From a virus (Duplodnaviria > Caudoviricetes): a stretch of DNA of 47,821 nt. Below, piece by piece: positions 36,097-45,292 of the stretch. The position numbers were made by a program, and so were the translations under genes. Position 1 is the first letter of the stretch, and each line of letters opens with the position of its first letter. Below the pieces are notes generated by a model. It ran no database searches and was not told the origin of the DNA. It saw only the letters and a list, made by a program, of their open reading frames with translations. The stretch is taken from the IMG/VR virus record IMGVR_UViG_3300037722_000645, positions 1 through 47,821 of that record; one strand, written 5' to 3'.

Positions 36097-36459
36097 ATGG
36101 CTGATGCCTGGGGCGGCTCTTGGGGCGTTTCCTGGGGCGTTTCCTGGGGCGCGTCGGGTCAAGTCGAAACGCCTGTCCAGACCGGCGGCTGGGCCTGGCC
36201 GGTCAGGCGGCGCGTCACCAGGCGCGATCTCGGCGAGACCGAGAGCGAGCGCGCCCGGATGCTGCTGACGCTGCGGCGCGTCTACCGCGACATCACCGGC
36301 GAGCCTGACCCCGGTCTCGACGTCCATGAACTGGTGGCGGAGATCGTCGAGCAGGCGGTGACGGCCGAGACCATCGCGCTGCTCTCCGGCGTCCTGCAGA
36401 CGGCGCAGAAGCGCCGCCGGCGCGATGCCTTGGCCCTTCTTCTGATGGCGGCAAGCTGA
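36097..36459 (+). CDS. Hypothetical protein with N-terminal WGxS repeats
   Basis: MADAWGGSWGVSWGVSWG; 12-bp tandem DNA repeat. Confidence 0.7.
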   Translation: MADAWGGSWGVSWGVSWGASGQVETPVQTGGWAWPVRRRVTRRDLGETESERARMLLTLRRVYRDITGEPDPGLDVHELVAEIVEQAVTAETIALLSGVLQTAQKRRRRDALALLLMAAS

Positions 36460-36716
36460 TGCAACAGGGACTTCAACAGCAGTCGGTGCGCGACGAGACC
36501 GGCACCGAACTGACCTACAACGGCGACTGGCTGGCACTGTTCGACGCGCTCTCCATTCCCGAGGGCACCATCAACGGCCGGCTGCTCGCCTACATCAACG
36601 CGGAACTCGGCACCAGCCATGAAGGCCTGCCCGGCGCCATGGCCGACTTCGCCGACCAGCGCGGCAGCGCCGGCAACTGGGCCTGGATGGGCTCGTTCAC
36701 GGCGCACGTCCCCTGA
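36459..36716 (+). CDS. Hypothetical phage protein
   Basis: TGATG coupling; phage-like codon usage. Confidence 0.7.
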   Translation: MQQGLQQQSVRDETGTELTYNGDWLALFDALSIPEGTINGRLLAYINAELGTSHEGLPGAMADFADQRGSAGNWAWMGSFTAHVP

Positions 36717-36718
36717 CC

Positions 36719-36991
36719 ATGGCCGTTTTCGTCTACGTCGAGGGCCTTGGCGTTGTCGACAAGGCCGCCGCCGCCGTGCCGGCGCGGAAACGCAGCGCCG
36801 CGGTGCCCTGCCCGCAGGTGATGCCCGACATGGCCGGCTATGTCTCGCCGCTGTCCGAGCCCGGCGAGCGGCCGGCCTGGATCGAGGGCCGGCATGCCCG
36901 CCGCGAGGAGCTGAAGCGCAACAACTGCCGCGAGGTCGACCCGTCGGAGTACCGGCAGGACGACCCCAAGACCTGGAAAGGTAGACGATGA
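36719..36991 (+). CDS. Conserved small head-module protein
   Basis: MPD..GYVSP...IEGR..RRE.LKRNNCREV; precedes scaffold. Confidence 0.75.
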   Translation: MAVFVYVEGLGVVDKAAAAVPARKRSAAVPCPQVMPDMAGYVSPLSEPGERPAWIEGRHARREELKRNNCREVDPSEYRQDDPKTWKGRR

Positions 36992-38148
36992 CCGAGCAGA
37001 CCGAAGAGAAAGGCCTGGGTGACTACCTGGGCGACACCTACGACGCCATCGTCGCGCGCGACACCGAGGCCGAAAAGGTCGAGGCGGCTGCGGGCCCGGC
37101 GGCGGAGAAGACCGAGACCGAGACGCCCGTCAAGAACGGGAAGGACAAGGACAGCGCGGCCGCGGCGGCGCCGGAGGGCGAGGACGCCCCGGCAGACCCC
37201 GCAGAGGCCGCGGCCAAGGATGCCGACCAGACCGAGAGCGGCGAGGACGACGCGGAGACCGCGGCGAAAGCCGAGGCCCCGCAGACCCCCGTGGACTGGC
37301 CGGATGCCGAGAAGACCGAATTTGCCAAGCTCCCGGCCGAGGCGCAGTCGCTGCTGCTGAAGCTGGACGGGGCGCGCAAGGAGGCTTTTCAGGCCCGCTC
37401 TCAGGAGATCGAAGCCAGCAGCGGCGACGTGAGGCAACTGAGCGCTGCCGTCGATCCGTACCGTGACTACTACAAGGGGCTGCAAACCACGCCGGAGCAC
37501 ATGATCAGTGCTCTGATGGGGGCCGAACAGCGCCTGCGCACGGGGACGGACGTGCAGAAGCGCGAGATGCTGATGGCACTCGCCAAGGATTTTGGCGTCG
37601 ACCTCCTGCCGAAAACCGAACCCACCGACCAGACGGACGACAGCCTGCTGTCGCCGGAGGTCATTGCTCTCCGCAAAGAGAATGCCGCTCTCAGGACCGA
37701 CGTATCCGGTCTGAAAGAGGTGGTCAGCGGAATCTCGGGCGAGACCGAGCGCCGCCGGCATGCCGAGCTCGAGGCCCAGAACAGGTCGTTCGAGCAGCAG
37801 GTCGCCGGCTTCGCAACCGAGAAGAACGCGGACGGCTCGCTGAAGCATCCGCACTTCGAGGCCGTGGCGGCCAAGGCCGGGGCCCTGCTGACCAAGGGAA
37901 TCGTCAAGAATCTCGAGGATGCCTACGAGACCGCCGTGATGGCCGACCCCGCGCTGCGGGGCCAGGCCCTGGAGGCCACGCGCAAGCAGGCCGCCAAGGA
38001 TCTGGAGACCAAGCAGCTCGCGCAGTCGGCCAAGACGAAGGCCAAGGTCAACCTCCCGAGCGCTGACGAGCCCGGCGCGGCCAAGGAAAAGCCGAAGTCG
38101 ATCCGGGAATCCCTCGAAAGGTCATTCGACAATGTGGCGGGCGCCTGA
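36988..38148 (+). CDS. Capsid scaffolding protein
   Basis: Acidic disordered N-terminus, P..W......FAKLP, LEDAYETAV...P, C-terminal SIRESLE; directly before the capsid gene. Confidence 0.82.
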   Translation: MTEQTEEKGLGDYLGDTYDAIVARDTEAEKVEAAAGPAAEKTETETPVKNGKDKDSAAAAAPEGEDAPADPAEAAAKDADQTESGEDDAETAAKAEAPQTPVDWPDAEKTEFAKLPAEAQSLLLKLDGARKEAFQARSQEIEASSGDVRQLSAAVDPYRDYYKGLQTTPEHMISALMGAEQRLRTGTDVQKREMLMALAKDFGVDLLPKTEPTDQTDDSLLSPEVIALRKENAALRTDVSGLKEVVSGISGETERRRHAELEAQNRSFEQQVAGFATEKNADGSLKHPHFEAVAAKAGALLTKGIVKNLEDAYETAVMADPALRGQALEATRKQAAKDLETKQLAQSAKTKAKVNLPSADEPGAAKEKPKSIRESLERSFDNVAGA

Positions 38149-38165
38149 AGGAAGGATAGACGAAC

Positions 38166-39116
38166 ATGGCATCGCCAAGCGCCATCTTCGACGAAATCGT
38201 GACCACGACGCTCCGGGAGCACCCGACGTCGCTGGCCGATAACGTCAGCAACGAGAACGCCCTCTGGGCGTGGCTCAACTCCCGTGGCCGCATCAAGCGC
38301 ATTCAGGGCGGCTACGAGATCGTGGAGCCGCTCGACTACGGCGGCAACACCAACTTCACCCGCTATGCCGGGTACGAGCCGTTCGGCGTCGGCGCACAGG
38401 AAGTGCTGACCGCCGCGAAGTGGGACTGGAAGCAGGCGGCGATCTCGATCACCGCCTCCGGCAAGGAGCTCCGCATGAACAGCGCGCGCGCCCAGTTGAT
38501 CGACCTCGCCGAGGCTCGCATCAACAGCGCCCGCCGCGACATGGCCAACAGCCTGTCGGTCGACACCTACTCGCTGGGCACCGCCGATGGCGGCAAGCAG
38601 ATCGGTGGCATGCAGCAGCTCATCACCAGCAACGGCGAGGGCACCGTCGGCGGAATCGACTCCGCCACCTGGCCGTTCTGGGCGAACAAGTTCAAGGACG
38701 GTGCGGGTGCGACCGCGGCGACGATCACGCTTCGGATGAATGAGCTCTGGCTCGACACCAAGCGCGGCACCGACAAGACCGACCTCATCACGTCCTCGAA
38801 CGAGCTCTATGCCCTCTACTGGAACTCGCTGCAGGACAAGCAGCGCTACGCCAGTGAGGACAAGGCAGTCGCGGGCTTCCAGAGCCTCATGTACGTCACG
38901 GCCTCGATCGTCAACGACGGCGGCTCGGGCATCCCGGCGAACACCATGTACTTCAACAACAGCAAGTATATGAAGCTGGTGGTGCACCGCGACGCCGACA
39001 TGGCGGTGCTGGAGGACCGCAAGCCGGTCAACCAGGACGCGGTCGTGATCCCGATCATCTGGCAGGGCAACCTGGCGCTGAGCAACCGCGCTCGCCAGGG
39101 CGTCCTGTTCGACTAG
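38166..39116 (+). CDS. Major capsid protein
   Basis: TTTL......LADNV...NAL, GG.EI.EPL.Y, GTVGGID..TW.FW.N, PVNQDA; strong RBS and codon bias. Confidence 0.9.
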   Translation: MASPSAIFDEIVTTTLREHPTSLADNVSNENALWAWLNSRGRIKRIQGGYEIVEPLDYGGNTNFTRYAGYEPFGVGAQEVLTAAKWDWKQAAISITASGKELRMNSARAQLIDLAEARINSARRDMANSLSVDTYSLGTADGGKQIGGMQQLITSNGEGTVGGIDSATWPFWANKFKDGAGATAATITLRMNELWLDTKRGTDKTDLITSSNELYALYWNSLQDKQRYASEDKAVAGFQSLMYVTASIVNDGGSGIPANTMYFNNSKYMKLVVHRDADMAVLEDRKPVNQDAVVIPIIWQGNLALSNRARQGVLFD

Positions 39117-39140
39117 GCGCGGTGGGAAGGAAAGAAAACG

Positions 39141-39635
39141 ATGGTACAGTTGACCACCCCTCTGGTCGGCGCCAACCCGGACCTTACCAAGGCTGGCACC
39201 GGCACATCCTTCGACGAGGGCGGCGAGTTCCCCCTTGGCGCGAAGATCACCGCGGACAACGGGCAGGAGTTCATCTACCTGCACGCCTCGGCGGCCGTTG
39301 TTCAGTATGACGCGGTCGGCTACAGCGAGAGCTTCGAGGCCGCGCCCCTGACCGACGCCATGGCGGCGGACGGCTGGGGGGTCGCGTTCTCGCAGGTCGC
39401 GGCGGCCGACAACGACTTCTTTTGGGCCGCCACGAAGGGCTCCGGCATCCAGTGCAACCTGCTGGGTGACACGGCCGTCGATGCCGATCTCTGGACGACC
39501 GGCGCGGCCGGCAAGCTCGACGACTCTTCGGGCACCGGTACGAAGATCGACGGCGTGGTGAACGTGAGCGCCACGGCGACCGCCACGGCGGCGCGCGGCA
39601 TCATCGCGACGTTCCCGCGTAGCTCGACCTTCTGA
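39141..39635 (+). CDS. Capsid cement/decoration protein
   Basis: 164 aa, A/T/G-rich, after the capsid gene; L.TT..AGKLDD motif. Confidence 0.75.
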   Translation: MVQLTTPLVGANPDLTKAGTGTSFDEGGEFPLGAKITADNGQEFIYLHASAAVVQYDAVGYSESFEAAPLTDAMAADGWGVAFSQVAAADNDFFWAATKGSGIQCNLLGDTAVDADLWTTGAAGKLDDSSGTGTKIDGVVNVSATATATAARGIIATFPRSSTF

Positions 39636-40510
39636 TGCAGAAGCGGGGTTTGGGGGAGGCATCGCCTCCCCCGGGCTTCTGCCGTCTGGAGGTAAGCGGC
39701 GGAGTCAACTTCACACCGGAAGTGCTGGAGCGGAACATCACCGCGGCCGCCAAGCGCAACCCGCGCTATTTCTCGCGCGAGATTCCCAGGCACGAGCCGC
39801 TTGTCATCGTCGGCAACGGCCCGTCTCTCAGGCACGAGATTCACGATATCAAAAAGCGCCAGCAGCAGGGCGCCAAGCTCATCTGCGTCAACGGCGCGCA
39901 TGACTGGCTGATCGAACGCGACGTCATCCCTTGGGCGGCGGCGTTCATGGACGTCGACCCGCTCGTCGCTGATTTCGTTCGCAGCCCTCGGCACGACATC
40001 GTCTACTTCGTCGCTTCGCAGTGCGACCCCGTGGTTTTCGACGCGCTCGACGGCTGCGACGTGGTTGTCTGGCACTGCTGGGAAGGCATGGGCGAGGAAT
40101 CTGTCGTGCGGCGCGAGATGGATGCGCGCGGCATCCCCTGGGCGCTCATCCCCGGAGGTCCGTCGGTCGGCCTGCGCTGCATCAACCTCGGCGCCATCAT
40201 GGGCTGGAGGGAGTTGCACGTCTACGCGCTGGATTGCTGCTTCGAGGGGCGCCGGCAGCACACCAACCAGCAGGGGTCGGAATACGACAAGCATCTGATC
40301 GTGCACGTCAACGGCCGGGAGTTCCAAACCGCGGTCGGACTGGTGCGGCAAGCCAGGGCCTTCGAAGGGTACGTGAACGAGTGGAATGACTGTTTCCCCG
40401 GCGTCGATCTCTGGCTGCATGGCGGCGGCCTGATTACCGCCATGATGCAGGACCGGCAGAAGAAAATTCAGGCGCGGCATGCGGCCGCACCCACCACACC
40501 GATAGCATAG
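39635..40510 (+). CDS. Maf/DUF115 (MptE-like) family protein, putative glycosyltransferase
   Basis: VIVGNGPSL, ICVNGA..WL....IP......D, VASQCDP..F, GG.SVG...I.L...MG.RE.H.Y.LD. Confidence 0.8.
   Translation: MQKRGLGEASPPPGFCRLEVSGGVNFTPEVLERNITAAAKRNPRYFSREIPRHEPLVIVGNGPSLRHEIHDIKKRQQQGAKLICVNGAHDWLIERDVIPWAAAFMDVDPLVADFVRSPRHDIVYFVASQCDPVVFDALDGCDVVVWHCWEGMGEESVVRREMDARGIPWALIPGGPSVGLRCINLGAIMGWRELHVYALDCCFEGRRQHTNQQGSEYDKHLIVHVNGREFQTAVGLVRQARAFEGYVNEWNDCFPGVDLWLHGGGLITAMMQDRQKKIQARHAAAPTTPIA
39640..39680 (+). terminator. Strong hairpin after the capsid/decoration genes (terminator or mRNA-stabilising stem)
   Basis: GGGGGAGGC-ATC-GCCTCCCCC (39652-39672), extendable by GAAGC/GCTTC; weak U-tract. 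Confidence 0.5.
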
Positions 40511-40519
40511 GAGCCAGCA

Positions 40520-41161
40520 ATGGCAGGACCAGGCGTTTCCATCCGCTTCTACATGGCCGACATCAAGGACGAGACCGCATCGGCGGCGCGCGGCCATCCG
40601 ATATTCACCCAGGAGGAGTGGGCCGAAATCCGCATCGCCGGGGTCGACATGTACAACCCCAGCGTCATCCCGGTGCGCGTCACGGCCGAGATCAAGGCCG
40701 AGTTCGCGGAGGCCTACGCGGCCTGGCAGAAGGGCGAGGAGGTGCCGCTGAACGGCACGCCGCTCGCCGAGTGGCCGCAGATTCAGCGCCGCGAGGCCGA
40801 GCTGCTGGTCCAGAACGGCATCCGCACCGTCGAGGACTTCGCCGCGGCGCGCGAGGATCTGGCGGCCAAGTTCCCCGGCGGTATGACGCTGCAGAAGAAG
40901 GCCCAGGCCTGGCTGGCCGCGGCGTCCTCGACCGGCCGGGCGGCCGAGCAGATCGCCGGCCTGACCGCCATGGTCGAGGCGCTGCATATGCAGATCGAGC
41001 AGATGGGCGACGCGGGTATCGCGGTGCCGGCCAAGGCGACGCGCCGGGTCAAGCGGGGCCGGGGACGGCCGCGCAAGGTCAAGGCGGTCAAGGCAGTGAA
41101 GCCGGCCCCTGCCGCCCCGCCGGTCATGGCCCCAGCCAGCCAGGCGGGAGAGGCCGCCTAG
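40520..41161 (+). CDS. Conserved head-module protein with HhH-like segment and AT-hook-like tail
   Basis: GTPLAEWPQI...L...GIRTVEDFA; KRGRGRPRK. Confidence 0.75.
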   Translation: MAGPGVSIRFYMADIKDETASAARGHPIFTQEEWAEIRIAGVDMYNPSVIPVRVTAEIKAEFAEAYAAWQKGEEVPLNGTPLAEWPQIQRREAELLVQNGIRTVEDFAAAREDLAAKFPGGMTLQKKAQAWLAAASSTGRAAEQIAGLTAMVEALHMQIEQMGDAGIAVPAKATRRVKRGRGRPRKVKAVKAVKPAPAAPPVMAPASQAGEAA

Positions 41162-41164
41162 GCC

Positions 41165-41875
41165 ATGTCGCTGCTCAGCATCATCCAGGGCGCGGTCCGC
41201 GAGATCCCCGAGCTGGAGGTGCCGCAGACCGTCATCGGCAACAACAACCAGACCGCGGTCAAGGCGCTGGCCTTCGCGCAGTCCGAGGGCGAGGCGCTGG
41301 CGGCCGACGAGGGCGCCTGGCAGGCGCTGACGCTCGAGCACAGCTTCCTGACCACGCTGGCCGGCGCCACGGCGGGCTATGCCCTGCCGGACGACTACGA
41401 CCGAATCATCGACGAGACCTGGTGGGACCGCACCGGCAACCGGCCGCTGATCGGCCCGGTGTCGGCGCGCGAGTGGCAGGCCTTCAAGAGCGGGGCCGCG
41501 ACCACGCTGCTGACCCCGGCCTTCCGCGTCTTCGGCGGCCGCTTCTGGCTGCTGCCGGAGAGCCTAGAGGCCGACAGGGCCATCGCCTACGAGTACGTCA
41601 CGACCGACTGGGTGCTGCACGCCGACGCCTCGACCGGGGTGCTCTGGACGGCCGACACCGACGTGCCGCGCTTCAACGAGCCCTTGATGAAGATGGGCAT
41701 CAAGTGGCGGCTGCTGGCGTCCGACGGCATGGCCTACGCCGAGGACTTCAACGCCTACGAGCGGCGCAAGGCCAAGCTCTTCGGCCGCGACAAGGGCAAC
41801 CGGACGCTGCACATGGACGGGCCGACCGAGCCCTTCTATCCCGTCAACATCCCGGACAGCGGGGTGGGCTCGTGA
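41165..41875 (+). CDS. Head-tail adaptor (tail tubular protein A-like)
   Basis: MSLLSIIQ, WQAL, YALPDDY......T.WDRT......GP.S..EWQ; position. Confidence 0.8.
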   Translation: MSLLSIIQGAVREIPELEVPQTVIGNNNQTAVKALAFAQSEGEALAADEGAWQALTLEHSFLTTLAGATAGYALPDDYDRIIDETWWDRTGNRPLIGPVSAREWQAFKSGAATTLLTPAFRVFGGRFWLLPESLEADRAIAYEYVTTDWVLHADASTGVLWTADTDVPRFNEPLMKMGIKWRLLASDGMAYAEDFNAYERRKAKLFGRDKGNRTLHMDGPTEPFYPVNIPDSGVGS

Positions 41876-42228
41876 TCGTGCTGTCCGGGGGCCTGGCGCT
41901 GCAGCTGGTGCTGGCCGGCGCGGTGACGATCGAGTTCCAGTTCGTGGTCGCCTACCAGGACGTCGCCCATGGCGAGCCGCCGCGGCGCTACAGCGCGGTC
42001 GGCGTCTCGAACGACACCACCGACGTCGTGATGCTGGCGGCGCCCCCGGCCGGCGTGCTGCGCCGCGAGGTGCTGGCGGTCAACCTGCACTGCCCGGACG
42101 CGACCGGGGCCGACGCCATCCTGAAGCTCGACGACGGTGCCGCGGAATACATCCTCTGCCGCAAGACGCTGGCGCAGCACGAGACGCTGGTGATCGACGA
42201 GACCGGCCTCATTTCCCTGGTGACCTGA
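41872..42228 (+). CDS. Small virion protein
   Basis: GTGA overlap with the adaptor stop (C-terminal part of track ORF 40618..42228); TGATG coupled to next gene. Confidence 0.65.
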   Translation: MIVLSGGLALQLVLAGAVTIEFQFVVAYQDVAHGEPPRRYSAVGVSNDTTDVVMLAAPPAGVLRREVLAVNLHCPDATGADAILKLDDGAAEYILCRKTLAQHETLVIDETGLISLVT

Positions 42229-43763
42229 TGCAGCTCCGTCGCGTTTTCCGCGGGCCGCGCGCGCAGTCGCGTTCCGTCCCGGCCCCGGTGGGCGGCTGGA
42301 ACACCCGCGACTCGCTGGATAAGATGCCGCCGGCCGACGCGGTGCTGCTCAACAACTGGTTCCCCGACACCGGCCGGCTGGTGGTGCGCAAGGGGCGGAT
42401 CGAGCATGCCACAGGCGTCGGCGCGGCCGATGTCGAGACCATGGCGGTCTGGCGCGGTGCCGGCGGCGCGAAGCTGGTGGCGGCCGGCGACGGCGAGCTC
42501 TGGAACGCGACCGCCGCCGGTGCCGCCTCGGCGATCTCCTCGAGCGCCGGCTACGCCAACGACCGCTGGCAGACCCAGATGTTCAACGGGCGCCTGTTCG
42601 GGGTCAACGGCGAGGACGATCCCTGGGATTACGACGGCACCACCCTGACCAGCACCTCCTGGTCTGGCGCCGGCCTCACCATCACCGATCTCATCCAGGT
42701 CGCGGCCTATCAGGCCCGGCTCTACCTGGTCGAGAAGAACAGCGGGACCTGCTGGTACGGCGGCGTCGGGGCAGTGACCGGGGCGCTGCTGCCCTTCGAC
42801 GTCGGCCAGATCGCGCAGCAGGGCGGCTTCCTGATGGCGGTCGGGAGCTGGTCGACCGCAGATGCCGCGGAAGGCCTGGACGATCATTTCGTCTTCGTGA
42901 TGTCGACCGGCGAGGTGCTGGTCTATCGCGGCTTCTGGCCCGGCGCCTCGGACTGGACCAAGGTGGCGACCGTGACGGCGGCCGAGCCGCTGGGCCGGCG
43001 CTGCCTCTTCCGGCTGGGCGGCGACCTCATCATCCTGACCAAGGCCGGCTACATCCCGCTGACGGTGCTGCTGAAGTACGGCTCCGCCGATTTCGTCAAG
43101 GCGCACCCGGTGTGGGGCAAGATCACCGCCGGGGTCCGCGACGCGGCGGCGCTCTACGGCGACAACGAGGGCTGGTCCGGCTTCCTGACGCCGGACGGCA
43201 AGCAGGCCATCTTCAGCGTCCCGCTGGTCACCAACCAGCTCTATGAGCAGCACGTCCTCAACCCGCTGTCCGGCGCCTGGACGCGCTACACCGGCATCCC
43301 GGCGCGCGACTGGGCGCACCTCGGCGGCGAGACCTACCTGGCCGGGCCCGGTGGCGTCATCTACCGGGTCGGCGGCACCAGCGACGACGGCATGCCGATC
43401 GCCTTCGACTGCCGGCAGGCCTTCAACTACCTCGGCGACCGCGGCTCGAAGAAGCGCTTCACGCGCATCCGGCTGGTGGTCTCGGTCGACGGCGCCCTGG
43501 TCGCCACGGTCGGTGTCAACGTCGATTTCTCGGATCGCCCCTTCCCGCAGAACAGCGTGACCTTCCAGGTGACGGGCTCGACGACGCCCTGGGGCTCGCC
43601 GTGGGGCTCGCCCTGGGGCTCGAAGCCGACCCCGGTGCAGCGCTGGCTCGGCTGCGCCGGCATCGGCCGCAACGTATCCGTCCGCTTCTCAGGACAGACC
43701 GCGGCGCAGAGCGTCGCCTGGTACGCAACCGACTTCCTGGGAGAGCGCGGCGCGGCCGCGTAG
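42228..43763 (+). CDS. Tail nozzle / packaged-DNA stabilisation protein (P22 gp10-like)
   Basis: PAPVGGWNTRD.L..MPP.DA..L.NWFP, beta-propeller-like composition; position. Confidence 0.82.
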   Translation: MQLRRVFRGPRAQSRSVPAPVGGWNTRDSLDKMPPADAVLLNNWFPDTGRLVVRKGRIEHATGVGAADVETMAVWRGAGGAKLVAAGDGELWNATAAGAASAISSSAGYANDRWQTQMFNGRLFGVNGEDDPWDYDGTTLTSTSWSGAGLTITDLIQVAAYQARLYLVEKNSGTCWYGGVGAVTGALLPFDVGQIAQQGGFLMAVGSWSTADAAEGLDDHFVFVMSTGEVLVYRGFWPGASDWTKVATVTAAEPLGRRCLFRLGGDLIILTKAGYIPLTVLLKYGSADFVKAHPVWGKITAGVRDAAALYGDNEGWSGFLTPDGKQAIFSVPLVTNQLYEQHVLNPLSGAWTRYTGIPARDWAHLGGETYLAGPGGVIYRVGGTSDDGMPIAFDCRQAFNYLGDRGSKKRFTRIRLVVSVDGALVATVGVNVDFSDRPFPQNSVTFQVTGSTTPWGSPWGSPWGSKPTPVQRWLGCAGIGRNVSVRFSGQTAAQSVAWYATDFLGERGAAA

Positions 43764-43773
43764 GAGAGAGAGC

Positions 43774-44874
43774 ATGCCCTGGACCGCAGGCACCTTCACC
43801 CGCACCGACGGCACCCGCACCGGCGCCACGACCTGGCAGCAGGCCGACGCCGCGGCGGTCGATATCGTGGCGCCGGATCACGACGCCCACGACGAGGATC
43901 TGGCGCAGGGCATCGACAACTGTCTCACCAAGGACGGGCAGAACTCGCCGTCGGCGGACCTGCCGATGAACGCGAAGAAGCACACCGGGGTCGCCAACGC
44001 CGCGCTGCGGACCCAGTACGCCGCGGCCGGGCAGGTGCAGGACAACGCGCTTTGCCGGGCGACCGACAGCGGCGCGGCCGATGCCTACGCGCTGACGCTG
44101 TCCCCGGCCATCACCGCCTATGCGACGGGGCAGCGCTTCAGCTTCGTGGCCGGGAACACCAACACTGGCGCCTCGACGCTGGATGTCAATTCGGTTGGCA
44201 CCAAGGCGATCCAGAAGCTTGGCGCCGCCCTGGTGGCAGGCGATATCACGGCCGGCGACGTCGTGGTGCTGGAGTACGACGGCACGCAGTTCCAGATGGT
44301 GAGCCCGGCCCGAACGCCGGTCTTTGCCGCTGGCGGGGTTGCGACCGCAGGCCTGGCCGATGACGCGGTGACGCTCGCCAAGATGGCCGGCGGCACGGAC
44401 GGCAACCTCATTACCTATGACGCTGACGGCGATCCCGCGCATGTGGCGACAGGGACGGCGGGCCAGGTGCTCACATCAGGTGGCGAGGGCGTGGCGCCGA
44501 CCTTCGAGGACATCCCGGCGCCAGCCTTCACCGCCTACTACGAGAGCGCGGCCCAGACCATCACGTCGGCCGGCGCGCTGACCCTGACACATGGCCTGGG
44601 CGCGGAACCGAAGGGCTTTCAGCTCGTGCTGGAGTGCACCACGAACGATGTCGGTTTCGTGGTGGGCGAGAGGATTTTCGCGGCACCTGCCACCGGCTTC
44701 GGCGTGCAGTCGCCGGTGAAGGGCACAAGCGTTGCCGTCAAGTTCACCTCGACGCAGATTCTCGTGCGCTACGGCAACGCCACGGCGCTGTTCGGCTACG
44801 TCAACGATGATGACGGAGAGGATGCTTTGCTCACCAATGCGAACTGGGAGCTTTACGTGAGGGCCTGGGCATGA
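43774..44874 (+). CDS. Tail fibre/spike protein
   Basis: DLA.G..NCLTKDGQ.....LPM...KHTG N-terminal anchor; NTGASTL.VN..G.K.I repeat; G..GQVLTS.G.G.APT. Confidence 0.85.
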   Translation: MPWTAGTFTRTDGTRTGATTWQQADAAAVDIVAPDHDAHDEDLAQGIDNCLTKDGQNSPSADLPMNAKKHTGVANAALRTQYAAAGQVQDNALCRATDSGAADAYALTLSPAITAYATGQRFSFVAGNTNTGASTLDVNSVGTKAIQKLGAALVAGDITAGDVVVLEYDGTQFQMVSPARTPVFAAGGVATAGLADDAVTLAKMAGGTDGNLITYDADGDPAHVATGTAGQVLTSGGEGVAPTFEDIPAPAFTAYYESAAQTITSAGALTLTHGLGAEPKGFQLVLECTTNDVGFVVGERIFAAPATGFGVQSPVKGTSVAVKFTSTQILVRYGNATALFGYVNDDDGEDALLTNANWELYVRAWA

Positions 44875-45164
44875 AGATCGTTCGCGGGAATCAGATGCGC
44901 TACTTCGTTGATTCGGAGGGCACCTATCTGGGCGCTTTCGACGTGCCGGATGGGCAGCTGCCGGCCGGGGCCGTCGAGGTGCAGAGCGCGCCGCAGCACG
45001 CGGCCCAGAAGTGGCTGGGCAGCGCCTGGAGCGCGCCGCCAGAGGCAGCAGCACCGGAGCCCAGCGATATGGCCGTGCTGCTCGAAGCCCTGAAGGACAA
45101 AGGCATCACCGTCGAGAACAGCGATTGGAGCGACGCCAAGGAACGTCTGCGCCAGCGGAAGTAA
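44871..45164 (+). CDS. Putative tail fibre assembly/chaperone protein
   Basis: YFVD..G.YLG.F.......GA.EV..AP....Q.W.G..W; ATGA coupled to the fibre gene. Confidence 0.65.
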   Translation: MKIVRGNQMRYFVDSEGTYLGAFDVPDGQLPAGAVEVQSAPQHAAQKWLGSAWSAPPEAAAPEPSDMAVLLEALKDKGITVENSDWSDAKERLRQRK

Positions 45165-45220
45165 CCTCCGGCGCCCAAGCCTCTGTCGTCAGCAGAGGCC
45201 TGGGCCCCCGCCCAGCCCGA

Positions 45221-45247
45221 TCCGCCTTCGCCGTAGCTACGGCGGAC
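45221..45247. repeat. REP-like palindrome
   Basis: TCCGCCTTCGCCGTAGCTACGGCGGAC containing the perfect 16-bp palindrome CGCCGTAGCTACGGCG (45229-45244). Confidence 0.5.
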
Positions 45248-45292
45248 GCGAGACCTAGCTAGGGCACGCCAACCCTGAGTAGGAGGGTCGAC

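Noticed and set aside
21651-44442. Long antisense and alternative-frame ORFs (e.g. 21651-23246, 23243-24523, 37923-39662, 39320-41341, 41988-43319, and the N-terminal part of 40618-42228)
   Set aside because: Shadow frames of GC-rich, codon-biased real genes; no motifs, and they fully overlap well-supported CDSs
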